The notes: generated by a model not told the origin, from the letters alone. A DNA stretch of 64,000 nt from an uncultured archaeon (GCA_964631205.1 CAZVWU010000001.1:28346-92345), one strand, 5' to 3'. Positions 10,000 to 19,748 are shown, counted from the first letter of the stretch. A program made the numbers and translations.

Positions 10000-10152
10000 T
10001 TTTTCCTTGTAAATGTTTTCTTTTGGTTATACCTTCTTTTGTAAAAAAAAGGTATACCTTCACGCAACTTCACACCATCAAGATATATAAATCACCAGAC
10101 TATATCTTAGTTTATCACAAATGAACAAATAAGCTTTGCTTGGAGCCAACCT

Positions 10153-11223
10153 ATGAACAACTATTTTGATATCAATGCTGCTTATTTGAGCAATTTTGGT
10201 TGGAGGACGAACCCATTCTCTTTTAGGATAATCCCAGAGCTTTTCACTGGCTACGCCAACGAGATAAGCACAATTCTAAATGGAGTTAACGACGGCTCCA
10301 GGTTCTGCCTTGTTACGGGTCCCACTGGAACAGGAAAAACAACACTAATGAAGCATATAATACAAAAACTTGATCAAGACAAGACTTTGCTTTATATCCC
10401 AAAGCCGCCTGCTGACCCGAAAGATTTTGTTGAAATCTTTACTACAAACCTCAGGCTTAATTTTTTTGAAAAGAGCATAGCAAGAAGGGACATAAACCTG
10501 TACAGTATTGGCGATTTTGTAAACAGCAAAACAAAAGATTCAAAGGTCATATTATTTGTAGATGAATGCCACGAAGCGCCTGCTCAGACATTTGAATGGC
10601 TGCGCTCCCTATCCGACCAGATAGACAATATGTCTGTTGTCTTGGCAGGGCTGCCGGCATTCCAAACCATGCTGACAGCAAGCCTTGATACTTTGCTGAA
10701 GAGGATTAACATAAAAGTCGATATGGGAAACCTGAGCAAGTCAGAAACCCTTAACTTGATAAAAAAAAGGATAGAATTTGCAGGGGGGCAAGATATAAAG
10801 CCCTTTACTTTAGAGAGCGTGGAAGTTATCTACGACAAGACAGCAGGCTACCCAAGGGAAATTTTGAGACTATGTGAGGAAATAATGCAGAAAGCTGCGG
10901 CAAAGAATATCTCAATAGTCGATGCAGACTTCGTTGAGCTCGAACAGGGCTTTAAAGCAATGTCGGAATCTTCTGTGGATGACATGTCCCAAAGGCAAAA
11001 GAATATAATAGATATGCTCAGGATACACAAAACACTTACGCCCACGGAGATAGTGGAAAAAATAGAATGTAAAGAATATAAAACAAAGGACAACGCAATA
11101 AGATCAATCAATAATATCCTAAAAAGGCTCATGGATGAGGGCAAAATTTTAAGGAAGAAAAAAGACAAATCATTTGCATATGAGCTTTCTCCAAAATTGC
11201 AGTCCATGTTAATCAAGTCTTAA
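10153..11223 (+). CDS. AAA+ ATPase with C-terminal winged helix (Orc1/Cdc6-like or ExeA-like)
   Basis: Walker A is GPTGTGKTT and Walker B-like is FVDECHE. The C-terminal segment KILRKKKDKSFAYELSP looks wHTH-like. The family assignment is uncertain. Confidence 0.45.
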   Translation: MNNYFDINAAYLSNFGWRTNPFSFRIIPELFTGYANEISTILNGVNDGSRFCLVTGPTGTGKTTLMKHIIQKLDQDKTLLYIPKPPADPKDFVEIFTTNLRLNFFEKSIARRDINLYSIGDFVNSKTKDSKVILFVDECHEAPAQTFEWLRSLSDQIDNMSVVLAGLPAFQTMLTASLDTLLKRINIKVDMGNLSKSETLNLIKKRIEFAGGQDIKPFTLESVEVIYDKTAGYPREILRLCEEIMQKAAAKNISIVDADFVELEQGFKAMSESSVDDMSQRQKNIIDMLRIHKTLTPTEIVEKIECKEYKTKDNAIRSINNILKRLMDEGKILRKKKDKSFAYELSPKLQSMLIKS

Positions 11224-11304
11224 CCGATTCTGGAAAAGAAATGCTAGAAAGTTAGCTTTTTAAGTATATCTGATATTATATATACAGGAGAAGAATAAGG
11301 AGAT

Positions 11305-11565
11305 ATGGCGGAGAGATTAAGAAGCAGAGAATTAGTAGGCAAGGTGCTTATTTCTGACGAAAGTGGAAAGAAATTCGGGGTTGTGGGAGATCTGGATTAT
11401 ATAACAGAATCAGGTGAGCTGATAAACCTTGTCTTGGTACAGCCAACAAAGCATGCTACAGAACTAAGTCTGCAGCAGGATGATAAAGGAAGGATTCTAG
11501 TCCCCTTTTCAGCAGTAAAGTCAGTAGGGGATTTTGTAATCATTTCTGAGAAAGAGGTTCACTAG
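11305..11565 (+). CDS. PRC-barrel domain protein
   Basis: 86 aa. The pattern LVGKVLISDESGKKFGVVGDLDY...ILVPFSAV fits a PRC barrel. A TATA (tattatatatac) and a GGAG sit upstream. Confidence 0.5.
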   Translation: MAERLRSRELVGKVLISDESGKKFGVVGDLDYITESGELINLVLVQPTKHATELSLQQDDKGRILVPFSAVKSVGDFVIISEKEVH

Positions 11566-11665
11566 CACAAAATCAGTCTTTAATTGGTTATATAACGTTT
11601 TAGCTTTCTCTTTTCATTAAATAGATTCCATGGTTTAATTACATGACCAGAACTCCAAAAACAGC

Positions 11666-12697
11666 CTACTCCTCTGCTTCGTCCTCTTCTATAGAAACTG
11701 CAATCTTTTTCTTCCCGTCGGTTTTTTCCATGGTCTTCAGGAACTCCTCATCATCCCTTATCCCTTCCAAGCCGACCCTGAAAACAGCCTCGCCTTCCGG
11801 AAGGCATGGGGAGTCTATCATCCTTGCTATCCTTTTGTCGCCTTTGCTTTTCCTCAGGTAAATCCTATAAGTTGACTGGTGGCCTAGCACATGCCCGCCT
11901 ATTGGGACTGTGGGGTCTCCAAACATTATGTCAGGCCTTGACATGACCTGGTTTGTCACATATACGGCCAGATTATACACATCCGCAAGCCTTTGGATCT
12001 TGTGCAGATGCCTGTTTAATGTCTGCTGCCTGTCAGCCAGCTGGCCCCTTCCAGTGTAGTCTGACCTAAAATTTGCTGTAAGGGAATCGATAATAAGGAG
12101 CTTGACATTTTGGGCTTTTATCAGCTCCTCTGCCTTTTCTGCAAGCAGGATCTGGTGGTCTGAGTTGTATGCCCTTGCCACAAGGATATTTTCAAGGGTC
12201 TTCTTTGAGTCCAACCCCATATCAGCTGCCATGTCCTGTATCCTCTCTGGCCTGAAGGTCTGCTCAGTGTCTATAAACACAGCCTTTCCCTCCAAGCCGC
12301 CTTGCTGCTTTGGAAGCTGGACAATTACAGCAAGCTGGTGCGCAAGCTGGGATTTCCCTGAACCAAATGCCCCATAAGCCTCTGTTATTGCCTGCGTCTC
12401 TACGCCTCCTCCGAGCAAATTATCGAGGCACTTCGAGCCTGTGGAAATTTTTCCAATAGACTCCCTTCTTTTCAGGACTTCTGTCGCCACTTCAAAGCCC
12501 ATCTTCAGCTTTCCCCTCGCCGCATTGATTATTTTGTTCGCCGTCTCCTCCCCTAAACCGCACTTATCGTTAAGCTCGGCGGCAGAGGCTGCAGCCAAAG
12601 CCAGCATATCAGTATAACCAGCAGCACTAAGCTTCTCGGCAATCTTTTCGCCAACGCCCGGCAGATTTTCAATTTCTTCAGAAGACATAAGCAGCAA
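11666..12697 (-). CDS. radA: DNA repair and recombination protein RadA
   Basis: The N-terminus has an HhH ([12 protein letters not shown]). Walker A is [10 protein letters not shown]. The core is RecA-like. Confidence 0.9.
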   Translation of the reverse strand: MLLMSSEEIENLPGVGEKIAEKLSAAGYTDMLALAAASAAELNDKCGLGEETANKIINAARGKLKMGFEVATEVLKRRESIGKISTGSKCLDNLLGGGVETQAITEAYGAFGSGKSQLAHQLAVIVQLPKQQGGLEGKAVFIDTEQTFRPERIQDMAADMGLDSKKTLENILVARAYNSDHQILLAEKAEELIKAQNVKLLIIDSLTANFRSDYTGRGQLADRQQTLNRHLHKIQRLADVYNLAVYVTNQVMSRPDIMFGDPTVPIGGHVLGHQSTYRIYLRKSKGDKRIARMIDSPCLPEGEAVFRVGLEGIRDDEEFLKTMEKTDGKKKIAVSIEEDEAEE

Positions 12698-12793
12698 AAA
12701 TAATTCTATTTCTTATTTAGTAATAAGCTTTAAATAGAAAACCAGGGAGTAGAATTCCGCTATCCCGTTAGAAGTAGATTAAAGAAATAGCTT

Positions 12794-13039
12794 TCAAAAT
12801 TTCCTGAACCCGTTGCTGTCGCCCACTACAAATTCGCCTGTGGTTGAGTTGTAGAAAAGTGGCAATTTAGAGCCCCTATCGTGCAAAAAACCATATGGCT
12901 TAATAAGTTCTGGTGCGCTATTATCTTTTAACGCATAAATCCTGCCGGTGCATTTTTCCCTGACTTGAAACAACATGCCATCTACATGCTTTTCATACAT
13001 CCCTGTTGCTTCCCTGAAATCTTTTATTTTAATTCCCAT
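12794..13039 (-). CDS. Hypothetical small protein
   Basis: The ORF-track start is a TTG; the internal ATG (MGIKIKDF) is more likely. A palindromic element lies about 20 nt upstream. Confidence 0.3.
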   Translation of the reverse strand: MGIKIKDFREATGMYEKHVDGMLFQVREKCTGRIYALKDNSAPELIKPYGFLHDRGSKLPLFYNSTTGEFVVGDSNGFRKF

Positions 13040-13057
13040 ATTTTTCCACCTCCCCAA

Positions 13058-13104
13058 CTGGACATAGGCCTTATCTTGTTGGTCAAGGCCTATGTCATCC
13101 CTTT
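13058..13104. repeat. Palindromic element family P (GACATAGGYCTT-N12-AAGRCCTATGTC, flanked by CTG...ATCCCTT)
   Basis: CTGGACATAGGCCTT-ATCTTGTTGGTC-AAGGCCTATGTCATCCCTT. 12-bp perfect inverted repeat. It lies about 20 nt upstream of the start of the 12794 gene. Confidence 0.6.
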
Positions 13105-13106
13105 GC

Positions 13107-13325
13107 TTAAAATTGCGTAACCGCTTCCAGATCTTGTGACAGGCCAGTTAGCTCTGGCGCAGCTATATCGTTTTGTACTGTATCTGCCGAAGATATGTCC
13201 TTATTCAAATCTTGGGTTGCAGCAGGATCGCCTGTGCTTGCTTGCTGCTCTTTCTGAGTGCAGCCGGCTACGGCAACAATTACAAGAATTGCCGCAACCA
13301 AGACGAAAATTTTTAATGATGGCAT
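13107..13325 (-). CDS. Small secreted lipoprotein (lipobox VAGC)
   Basis: 72 aa with a signal peptide MPSLKIFVLVAAILVIVAVAGC followed by a low-complexity acidic region. Confidence 0.35.
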   Translation of the reverse strand: MPSLKIFVLVAAILVIVAVAGCTQKEQQASTGDPAATQDLNKDISSADTVQNDIAAPELTGLSQDLEAVTQF

Positions 13326-13329
13326 AACG

Positions 13330-13551
13330 CTATCCTATATCTATAATGCAAATTCTCCCCCTTGTAGATATAATCCGGTTTCCCTCAGAGTCTGAGCCAA
13401 GATCTAGAGCTGAGAGTCTTCTATAGACGCCTCTTACACGTCTATAGAACCTTCGCTCTCCTCCAGATTCATAATAAATAGTTGTCCCATCAGACCCTGC
13501 CAATGGGACATATCCTTCTCCATTTCTGTCATTGAAGTTACTTATTCCCAT
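13330..13551 (-). CDS. Hypothetical small protein
   Basis: 73 aa, Gly- and Arg-rich. It lies in the same minus-strand cluster as the secreted proteins. Confidence 0.25.
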   Translation of the reverse strand: MGISNFNDRNGEGYVPLAGSDGTTIYYESGGERRFYRRVRGVYRRLSALDLGSDSEGNRIISTRGRICIIDIG

Positions 13552-13555
13552 ATTT

Positions 13556-15106
13556 TTACCCTCCAGATGTTTGGACTGCAGCCTCTGCAGTGGCTTCTGC
13601 CAAAACCTTTTCTTCGGTTTCCAAAACTGGATCAGCTTTGGTTTCCTCTAAGGCCTTTTCAGATCCCCTATTCTTCAAGCTCCTGACCACTTCTTTCAGC
13701 TGCTTTTGCAGTTCATTCAGCTTGTCTTTCAATTCCTTCAGTGATTTGTGCGCGTCCTTTACAAGCTGGTTCCTTTCTTCTCCTGTTTTGAGTGCTGCTT
13801 GCTTGAACTTTTGCTGCACAACTTCAACCCCATTCTTCACCTCATCTATTTGCTTGTTGAAGCTGTCAACAAAGGCTTCTGTTTCTGCTGTATCTCTTTT
13901 CTCCAGAGACATCTTTTCCAGGGCCCTGTTCAACTTCTCTGACAATTTTGCAGCTTTTACCACTATGCCGCCTATTTTGGATGCTGACACAAAGCCTGCA
14001 GAATGCTCAAGGTCAGTTTTCAATCCAGCAAGCTCCTTGGCTGTTTGTTTTGCCAGATCCTGTATAACGGCCTTATCTGTTTCCTCTGTTATTTCCCCCG
14101 CCTTTTGCTTAAGCTGCCTGATCTGTTCTATGTGCGCGTCTATCTTTTGGATTTCTGTTGCAGATTCAGTTTCTGTTATTGAAGCCTCAGCTTCTATTGC
14201 CAGCTTTGATTTTTCCAGCCTAGCTTCCAGGAAACCCAGCGAGTCCATTAAAAATGCCTTTGCAGACATTTTTATTTCAGTTTTTATTTTTTTGCATTCC
14301 TGGCTCTCTTCTTTGCAACCTTCTGATTTTACCTTTGTTTTTCCAAAACTCTCTTTTGAAGCCTGCATTTTAGTTTTTAATGCTTCAGTTTGGAGTTTTT
14401 CTGTCTTTTCTTTGATTGTTTTCAGCTTGTCTTCTGCGACTTCCCTTGCACCTACATCTGTCCGAGATCTTATTTTAAATTTCTTAAATTCCTCTGACCT
14501 GCCTATATCTTCTGCCTTTTTCCTTGCAGAATCAGTTTTCTGCTTCAGCTTCTTTAATTTCTCAAGCTGCTGGTCTGTCAAGCTGTCAACTTTTTTCTGG
14601 ATTTCCTTTATCTCTTTTTCGCATTCATCCCCTTCGTTTAGCTCTTTACATTTTTCCACAGCTATTTCCAGCTTTTCCTTTTCAAAAACTTTCAAATCAG
14701 CTGCATTCTTAATCAAAGCTTTTATCTCTCTCAACCCCTCAAGCCTTGCCTTATTTATTTCCTTTGTGATTTCAGAACGTTCCTGTGGAGTTGCATTCAA
14801 AAGCCTCTGTTTCAATCCTTCAAATAAGGCCCTTCTTTTTTCTATAGCTTCTTTGATTGTTGCAGATTTTTGTGACCTTATCTTATCCAGCTCTATTTTT
14901 ATCTCAGAACTTAGTTTAGTCTCTGTTTTAATTTCAGTTTCCCCACCACCAGTTGTTTTTACTTCTACTTTCGCCTTACCCTCTGCTCCAACTACATCGC
15001 TCTTTATATCTGTTTTGATATCAGCTGTTAATTCCTGTGCCTGTGCAACAGGTAATACAGAGATTAACAGTGCCATTATAACACCCATTAATATTTTTGT
15101 ATCCAT
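13556..15106 (-). CDS. Secreted K/E-rich coiled-coil protein
   Basis: About 517 aa from the internal Met. The signal peptide is MDTKILMGVIMALLISVLPVAQA, followed by several hundred residues of heptad-like K/E-rich sequence. The antisense ORF 13590..15191 is a low-complexity mirror artefact. Confidence 0.5.
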   Translation of the reverse strand: MDTKILMGVIMALLISVLPVAQAQELTADIKTDIKSDVVGAEGKAKVEVKTTGGGETEIKTETKLSSEIKIELDKIRSQKSATIKEAIEKRRALFEGLKQRLLNATPQERSEITKEINKARLEGLREIKALIKNAADLKVFEKEKLEIAVEKCKELNEGDECEKEIKEIQKKVDSLTDQQLEKLKKLKQKTDSARKKAEDIGRSEEFKKFKIRSRTDVGAREVAEDKLKTIKEKTEKLQTEALKTKMQASKESFGKTKVKSEGCKEESQECKKIKTEIKMSAKAFLMDSLGFLEARLEKSKLAIEAEASITETESATEIQKIDAHIEQIRQLKQKAGEITEETDKAVIQDLAKQTAKELAGLKTDLEHSAGFVSASKIGGIVVKAAKLSEKLNRALEKMSLEKRDTAETEAFVDSFNKQIDEVKNGVEVVQQKFKQAALKTGEERNQLVKDAHKSLKELKDKLNELQKQLKEVVRSLKNRGSEKALEETKADPVLETEEKVLAEATAEAAVQTSGG

Positions 15107-15283
15107 ATTAGACCTCCATGCGGATTCTAGCCCGCATTTTCTTGATCTGAAATGGACTTCCATGGTATATAAACACGCTTTCAGATTGTAAAAAATCTAA
15201 AGTTTATAATAACTCCTTAAACTTTAAATGACCCAAAAATAGCCCAGGAAGCTTTATAAAGCCTAAAATCGACTTTCTAGTAT

Positions 15284-16018
15284 ATGAGAACGGTCTTAAC
15301 ATTCTTGATAGTTTTGTATATCATTCCAATATTGGTAAGCGGGGCGGTTATAAGGGGATCTGTATATGACTTGTCTCTGGAAAAAATAAATGGAACTGTT
15401 GTCTATGTTGACAGCTCTCCAAAACAGCAGATAATTTCAAAAGATGGGTCGTATAACTTTACTCTGCAACAGGGAACATATACCATAACTGCCAACCAAC
15501 TAAAAGATGGCAAGCTGGTTTCAAATTCCTCGGAAAAAATAACAGTCAATCAGGAAGGCGAGTTTAATCTTGACATTATCTTGTTGCCTGTTTTTGAGGA
15601 CATAGGGGCTGGAGACATAGGTCTGAGCCCCAAAGATTTTGAACAACAAGATGGAATACCTATTTTTACTATAATTGGTTTTATTTTAGTCGGGATTATA
15701 TTTCTTATAGTGTTTGTAAAGCTAAGGCAGATAAGGAAAGAAAAGCCTAGAGAAGTTATAAGGGAGGTGCCAAAAATTGAAGTGATAAAAGAAGTTGTCA
15801 AAGAAGTAAGGGAGGTAAAAACAGAAAAACTCCCTGAAGACCTTGAAAAAGCCCTTGATATAATCAAAAGGAATTCAGGAAGGACAACCCAGAAAGAGAT
15901 AAGGAAGGAGATGAACCTCTCAGAAGCAAAAATTTCTTTGATGATGGACGACCTCGAATCCCGCGGCCTGATAAAGAAAATCAAGAAAGGCAGGGGAAAT
16001 TTGATTATTTTGAATTGA
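15284..16018 (+). CDS. Membrane-tethered transcriptional regulator (signal/TM, extracellular beta-sandwich, TM, cytoplasmic wHTH)
   Basis: 244 aa. It has an N-terminal signal or TM segment, a carboxypeptidase-regulatory-like beta domain (GSVYDL...TYTITANQ), a TM helix (IFTIIGFILVGIIFLIVFV), and a C-terminal wHTH (TQKEIRKEMNLSEAKISLMMDDLESRGLI). Confidence 0.5.
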   Translation: MRTVLTFLIVLYIIPILVSGAVIRGSVYDLSLEKINGTVVYVDSSPKQQIISKDGSYNFTLQQGTYTITANQLKDGKLVSNSSEKITVNQEGEFNLDIILLPVFEDIGAGDIGLSPKDFEQQDGIPIFTIIGFILVGIIFLIVFVKLRQIRKEKPREVIREVPKIEVIKEVVKEVREVKTEKLPEDLEKALDIIKRNSGRTTQKEIRKEMNLSEAKISLMMDDLESRGLIKKIKKGRGNLIILN

Positions 16019-16922
16019 TGCTCGGGCTTTTTTTCCAAGCAGCGACTTTAGCCTTGAGGTAATCTGGGAGTTCTATTGGAGCGTAAAAAGTATTAATTAT
16101 TCTCATATCAGCTGATATTACAGGATATACTCCTTGTTTAGTTTCTACCTCAGAATCTGCAAGCGATTTGGTAAAAAACATTTCCCTGAACTTTCTTAAT
16201 TTCGACTCGTCTTTAAGTCTGCCTTCTCTCGTAGGGTGTACGAGATCAGAATAATAATACCAATACATCTGCATCGACGATCTTTTTATTTCGTTGCTCA
16301 CAGATCTTTCTTTGGCTGCCTTTTCAATTTGTACTTTAAAAGCATGTAATTCATTTACATCTTTAAGTATTACTGGAATAATAATATCTGGACCATCTAC
16401 AGATAAGAAATCTTCATATAGAAAACCGCTTGCTCCGTAATGCCATGATTTGGCATGCCCTTCTATTTCATGATCAACAACTATATTGAGGAAATCATCC
16501 TCGCACTTCGAATCTGCAAAAGCATGATTGTAAATATCTATAGAATACTTTTTTCTCTTTCCTATATCATCCGCGTAAGCATTTCTTATTTCAGCTCTTA
16601 TTATATCGACTAGGTCAGTTTTAGGAGAAATCTGTCTATAGACTAATGGCTTTCCTCCTGAATAATTCATGCCCTCGACATAAGGCAGCTTATCCAACCC
16701 GAACCTTCTTACAACAGATTTTACATAAGCAGCTCTTTTAGTTTTGTCTTTCTTTGCCTCCTCAAAAGTTGGGTCTTTTTCCTGGAGCAGGTTATACCCT
16801 GTATATCCCAAAACTCCTGCGGCCGCCGCACCTAATCCTGCCTTTAGAAAATTTCGCCTGGTATAGGAATTTTCAGAAGCCTCGATTCGCCTTTTTCTTT
16901 CTTCCCTTCTTTTTTGGCTCAT
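16005..16922 (-). CDS. Tat-signal secreted protein, HExxH-like, paralog 1
   Basis: Tat motif YTRRNFLKAGLGAAAAGVLG. It has an HEIEGH motif. It shares blocks with 18008..18940 (DKLPYVE, YWYYYS/YWFYYS, FREMFF/FREFFF). Confidence 0.5.
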   Translation of the reverse strand: MSQKRREERKRRIEASENSYTRRNFLKAGLGAAAAGVLGYTGYNLLQEKDPTFEEAKKDKTKRAAYVKSVVRRFGLDKLPYVEGMNYSGGKPLVYRQISPKTDLVDIIRAEIRNAYADDIGKRKKYSIDIYNHAFADSKCEDDFLNIVVDHEIEGHAKSWHYGASGFLYEDFLSVDGPDIIIPVILKDVNELHAFKVQIEKAAKERSVSNEIKRSSMQMYWYYYSDLVHPTREGRLKDESKLRKFREMFFTKSLADSEVETKQGVYPVISADMRIINTFYAPIELPDYLKAKVAAWKKSPSINSK

Positions 16923-16971
16923 GTTACTAGAAATAATCCGCTTATTTATAAACCTTATCCAATCTCAGAAA

Positions 16972-18036
16972 TCAAAGGTTAAGCTCCTTCAGCAAAATCT
17001 GGCACTCCTGTTTCGGGTCTGCGGCTTCGATTTTATTTCCAAGCAGCTCGATCTCCCCGGAAAAATTATTTTTCTTCACGCGCCCACCTATAATAAACTC
17101 TTTGCCCAGAACACCAAGGCTGCCATAAAATTTATTTATGTCAGACAAATCCATATATTCAGCTTTCATTCCGTACAATTTCTCTGCAAGATCCCTGAAA
17201 AAAATAACCCTTACATTGGCTGTCCCATCATCCACAACCCCGGAGAAAATAAGGTTTTTCTGTGGCTGCGCAATAAGCCCGTGGGATTTACATGAGCTTG
17301 ATTTATCCAAAGAAGATCCGCACATAGGGCAAACCAGATAAACCGGATTCCTTCTGAAAATATGCACAAGGCAACCCCTGAATTCAGCATACATATTTTC
17401 CTGCAGGTCCTTTATTTCAACTCTGTTTTTTTGCTCTGCAAAATCAGCATAACCATTTTTATCTGCCTCAGGAATCGCCTCAATTTTCTGATAAACTTTC
17501 TCTATAAGGCCTCTTTTATTCAGGCTTATCTCAACATCCCTATAAATGCTGTTTGACTTTTTCGAATAAGCCTGCGAAACCCTCACAACATCACCTTCCT
17601 GCAGGCCTGCAGCTTTTTCAATATCCTCTCCCCACAAAACCAGCATTACGTTTCCAGTCTCATCGCCAAGCAGAATATTTTTGACAGAACCTTTTTTACC
17701 ATTCTTCTCAAAACTTCTCACATCAAAAATTCTCAAAACTTTTGCTGCCAAATCAATAAACCTCAAATCAGAAATAATGTTTTTGATCTTGAATTCCCGC
17801 CTTCCCTCTTTTATGAGATTTACCCCCAGCTCCCTGCCAACAATATAAGCAGCGCCCTCCTTCGAGACAAGGCCTGAAAGTTCCTCCTGTTTTTCAAGAA
17901 CCAATCTTTCTATTTCCTTTGTTTCATTCCCGGATTCCTTGCTGATTTTGGAAAGCAGCTCTTCAAAAGGCATCATATCTAAAATAATTGTTTCTGGATT
18001 TTTAAGCTTATTTTTTCTTATTTCTCCATTGTGCAA
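16972..18036 (-). CDS. rpa: Replication protein A-like ssDNA-binding protein (OB folds plus C4 zinc finger)
   Basis: There are two OB-fold blocks (LLGDETGNVMLVLWGEDI...GDVVRVSQAY and another) and a zinc finger, CPMCGSS...CKSHG. Confidence 0.65.
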   Translation of the reverse strand: MHNGEIRKNKLKNPETIILDMMPFEELLSKISKESGNETKEIERLVLEKQEELSGLVSKEGAAYIVGRELGVNLIKEGRREFKIKNIISDLRFIDLAAKVLRIFDVRSFEKNGKKGSVKNILLGDETGNVMLVLWGEDIEKAAGLQEGDVVRVSQAYSKKSNSIYRDVEISLNKRGLIEKVYQKIEAIPEADKNGYADFAEQKNRVEIKDLQENMYAEFRGCLVHIFRRNPVYLVCPMCGSSLDKSSSCKSHGLIAQPQKNLIFSGVVDDGTANVRVIFFRDLAEKLYGMKAEYMDLSDINKFYGSLGVLGKEFIIGGRVKKNNFSGEIELLGNKIEAADPKQECQILLKELNL

Positions 18037-18940
18037 CTTTTCCCTTCAGATAAATGGGGAGTTCCAGAGGGCCATTGTATGTCATCATCCTGTCATCGGG
18101 CATAATTACTGGCCCCTGATATCCAATTTCTTTATGGGTTATTTCCATGCGCAGGAAAAATGGTGCAAAGAAAAATTCCCTGAACCTTTTTATTGCTTCA
18201 GGGTTTTTCAAAAGATTATCCTCTTCGGATGGACAAATTAAATTAGAATAATAAAACCAATATGCTCTCAATGAACTCAGGAAATGTTCTCTGCTTACAT
18301 TCCTTTTGGGGGCTTCATTGATTTCGTTTCTATAAGCATATAATTCTGTAATAGAGTCGACTAAAATGCTGGCGAATTTTTCTTTATGATCTTTATGTGA
18401 AAAATCGTCTGTATTAAATTCAATATCATGGAAGCCCTCAGACTGCATTTTGGCATGAATAACTTCATGGTCTCCAAGCCCGTTTATAAAATCGTTCTCA
18501 TTCAAATAATTGGGAGCTTCGAATGCAGGGGAATAAACCAGGATTTTGAACTTCCCCCCATTCCCAATCTCTCTACTCCTGCTTTGAGTGGTCATCGCAA
18601 ACTTTGCATTGGGTCCATGTATCTCTTTTGGCGCAGTATAGGAGGCAATTTCTGCATACTCGATGCTTTCAACATAAGGCAGCTTATCGAGCTCAAACCT
18701 TCTTACTATATCGTTCACATACTGAGCCCTTTTCTCAGGCCTGTTTTTGGCGTCTTCGAAAGAAACATAATTTTCCCCAAAGATGCTTTTGGCTGCTTTT
18801 CTTATTCCGCCGAAAAAATATTCTTCTGCAGCTGCGAAAGCACCGGCCGCACCTAAAGCCAAAAATCCTCTTCTGGAAATGTATGGCTGCTTTGCTGCTT
18901 CCTCCAATCTCCTCTTTTCACGCCTTCTTTCCTGCGACAT
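18008..18940 (-). CDS. Tat-signal secreted protein, HExxH motif, paralog 2
   Basis: Tat motif ISRRGFLALGAAGAFAAA. It has a canonical HEVIH zinc-metalloprotease-like motif. It is paralogous to 16005..16922. Confidence 0.5.
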   Translation of the reverse strand: MSQERRREKRRLEEAAKQPYISRRGFLALGAAGAFAAAEEYFFGGIRKAAKSIFGENYVSFEDAKNRPEKRAQYVNDIVRRFELDKLPYVESIEYAEIASYTAPKEIHGPNAKFAMTTQSRSREIGNGGKFKILVYSPAFEAPNYLNENDFINGLGDHEVIHAKMQSEGFHDIEFNTDDFSHKDHKEKFASILVDSITELYAYRNEINEAPKRNVSREHFLSSLRAYWFYYSNLICPSEEDNLLKNPEAIKRFREFFFAPFFLRMEITHKEIGYQGPVIMPDDRMMTYNGPLELPIYLKGKVAQWRNKKK

Positions 18941-18999
18941 GAACTAAAAATAGGACTAAGATTTATAAACATTCTCTAGAAGAAAGTGCAGAAAATCAG

Positions 19000-19266
19000 C
19001 TAACCCCTGTTCCTGTTTTTAATGACTATGCTCCTGTGCCTTGCACAAGACGGGCATGCATAGATCTTGCTTGTTAGAAAGGGTAATTCGTTGCCTATCT
19101 CTTTCCTTAGGGCAGGGTCCCTTATGCTAAAGCCCCTTACAACAGGGAATGTCCTGAATTTCGGGACTATCCTTCCACAGAACCCGCAGTTCACATTTGT
19201 TTCGTGTCCCCTTCTTTTTGTATGGCTCCATCCTCTCTTGTAAAACTGCCTTCTTTTATCGCTCAT
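19000..19266 (-). CDS. rps26e: Ribosomal protein S26e (eS26)
   Basis: The zinc motifs CGFCGRIVPK...CPSCARHRSIV and the basic N-terminus are typical of eS26. Confidence 0.8.
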   Translation of the reverse strand: MSDKRRQFYKRGWSHTKRRGHETNVNCGFCGRIVPKFRTFPVVRGFSIRDPALRKEIGNELPFLTSKIYACPSCARHRSIVIKNRNRG

Positions 19267-19314
19267 AAACCAATTATACTTGGGCTTGCGGATTAAATAC
19301 TTTTACCAATAAAA

Positions 19315-19698
19315 TTAGCTTTTCAGGAGGATCCTGTTTCCGAACTTCCAATAGGTTATTTCAGCGCCGGGCTGAACCTTGGCTTTCATATCGTCCGGCA
19401 CAGCCGTCTCGAAAGTAGTGTAATCTGTAAGGTCCATTATCTGCGCAGAATTCCCGGAAACTGAGATTACTTGGCCGCCCCTTTTTTCTATTATTGGGAC
19501 AGAAACATCCGAATCTGCAGGCTTCATAAGGGTCCTTTTCCTGTCATCAAAGATGCCAACAGCCTCAACCCTTGCCTTTGCAGAACCATGCTTCCCTGGC
19601 TTTGAAAGCTCAACTTTCGTGACCTTGCATGGCTCGCCATCAACCATCAGATAGCCGCCTTCCTTTACTTCTTTCAGGCTTGCGGCTCTTTCCTCCAT
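19315..19698 (-). CDS. eif5a: Translation initiation factor 5A (aIF-5A)
   Basis: The hypusination loop SKPGKHGSAKA is present. 127 aa. Confidence 0.85.
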   Translation of the reverse strand: MEERAASLKEVKEGGYLMVDGEPCKVTKVELSKPGKHGSAKARVEAVGIFDDRKRTLMKPADSDVSVPIIEKRGGQVISVSGNSAQIMDLTDYTTFETAVPDDMKAKVQPGAEITYWKFGNRILLKS

Positions 19699-19703
19699 AA
19701 TAG

Positions 19704-19748
19704 TTGGAAATAGACTTCCGTGTTATCCAGTGTCTATTTCATCCCCTT
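19704..19748 (-). repeat. Hairpin element in the aIF5A 5' leader (related architecture)
   Basis: Minus strand reads AAGGGGATGAAATAGAC-[16 nt]-GTCTATTTCCAAC-TATT-ATG. 9-bp stem. Confidence 0.45.

Noticed and set aside
13590-15191. 533-aa plus-strand ORF rich in S/F/L
   Set aside because: It is the antisense mirror of the K/E-rich coiled-coil gene. Its low-complexity composition is unlike a real protein, and the sense gene has a clear signal peptide and heptad structure.
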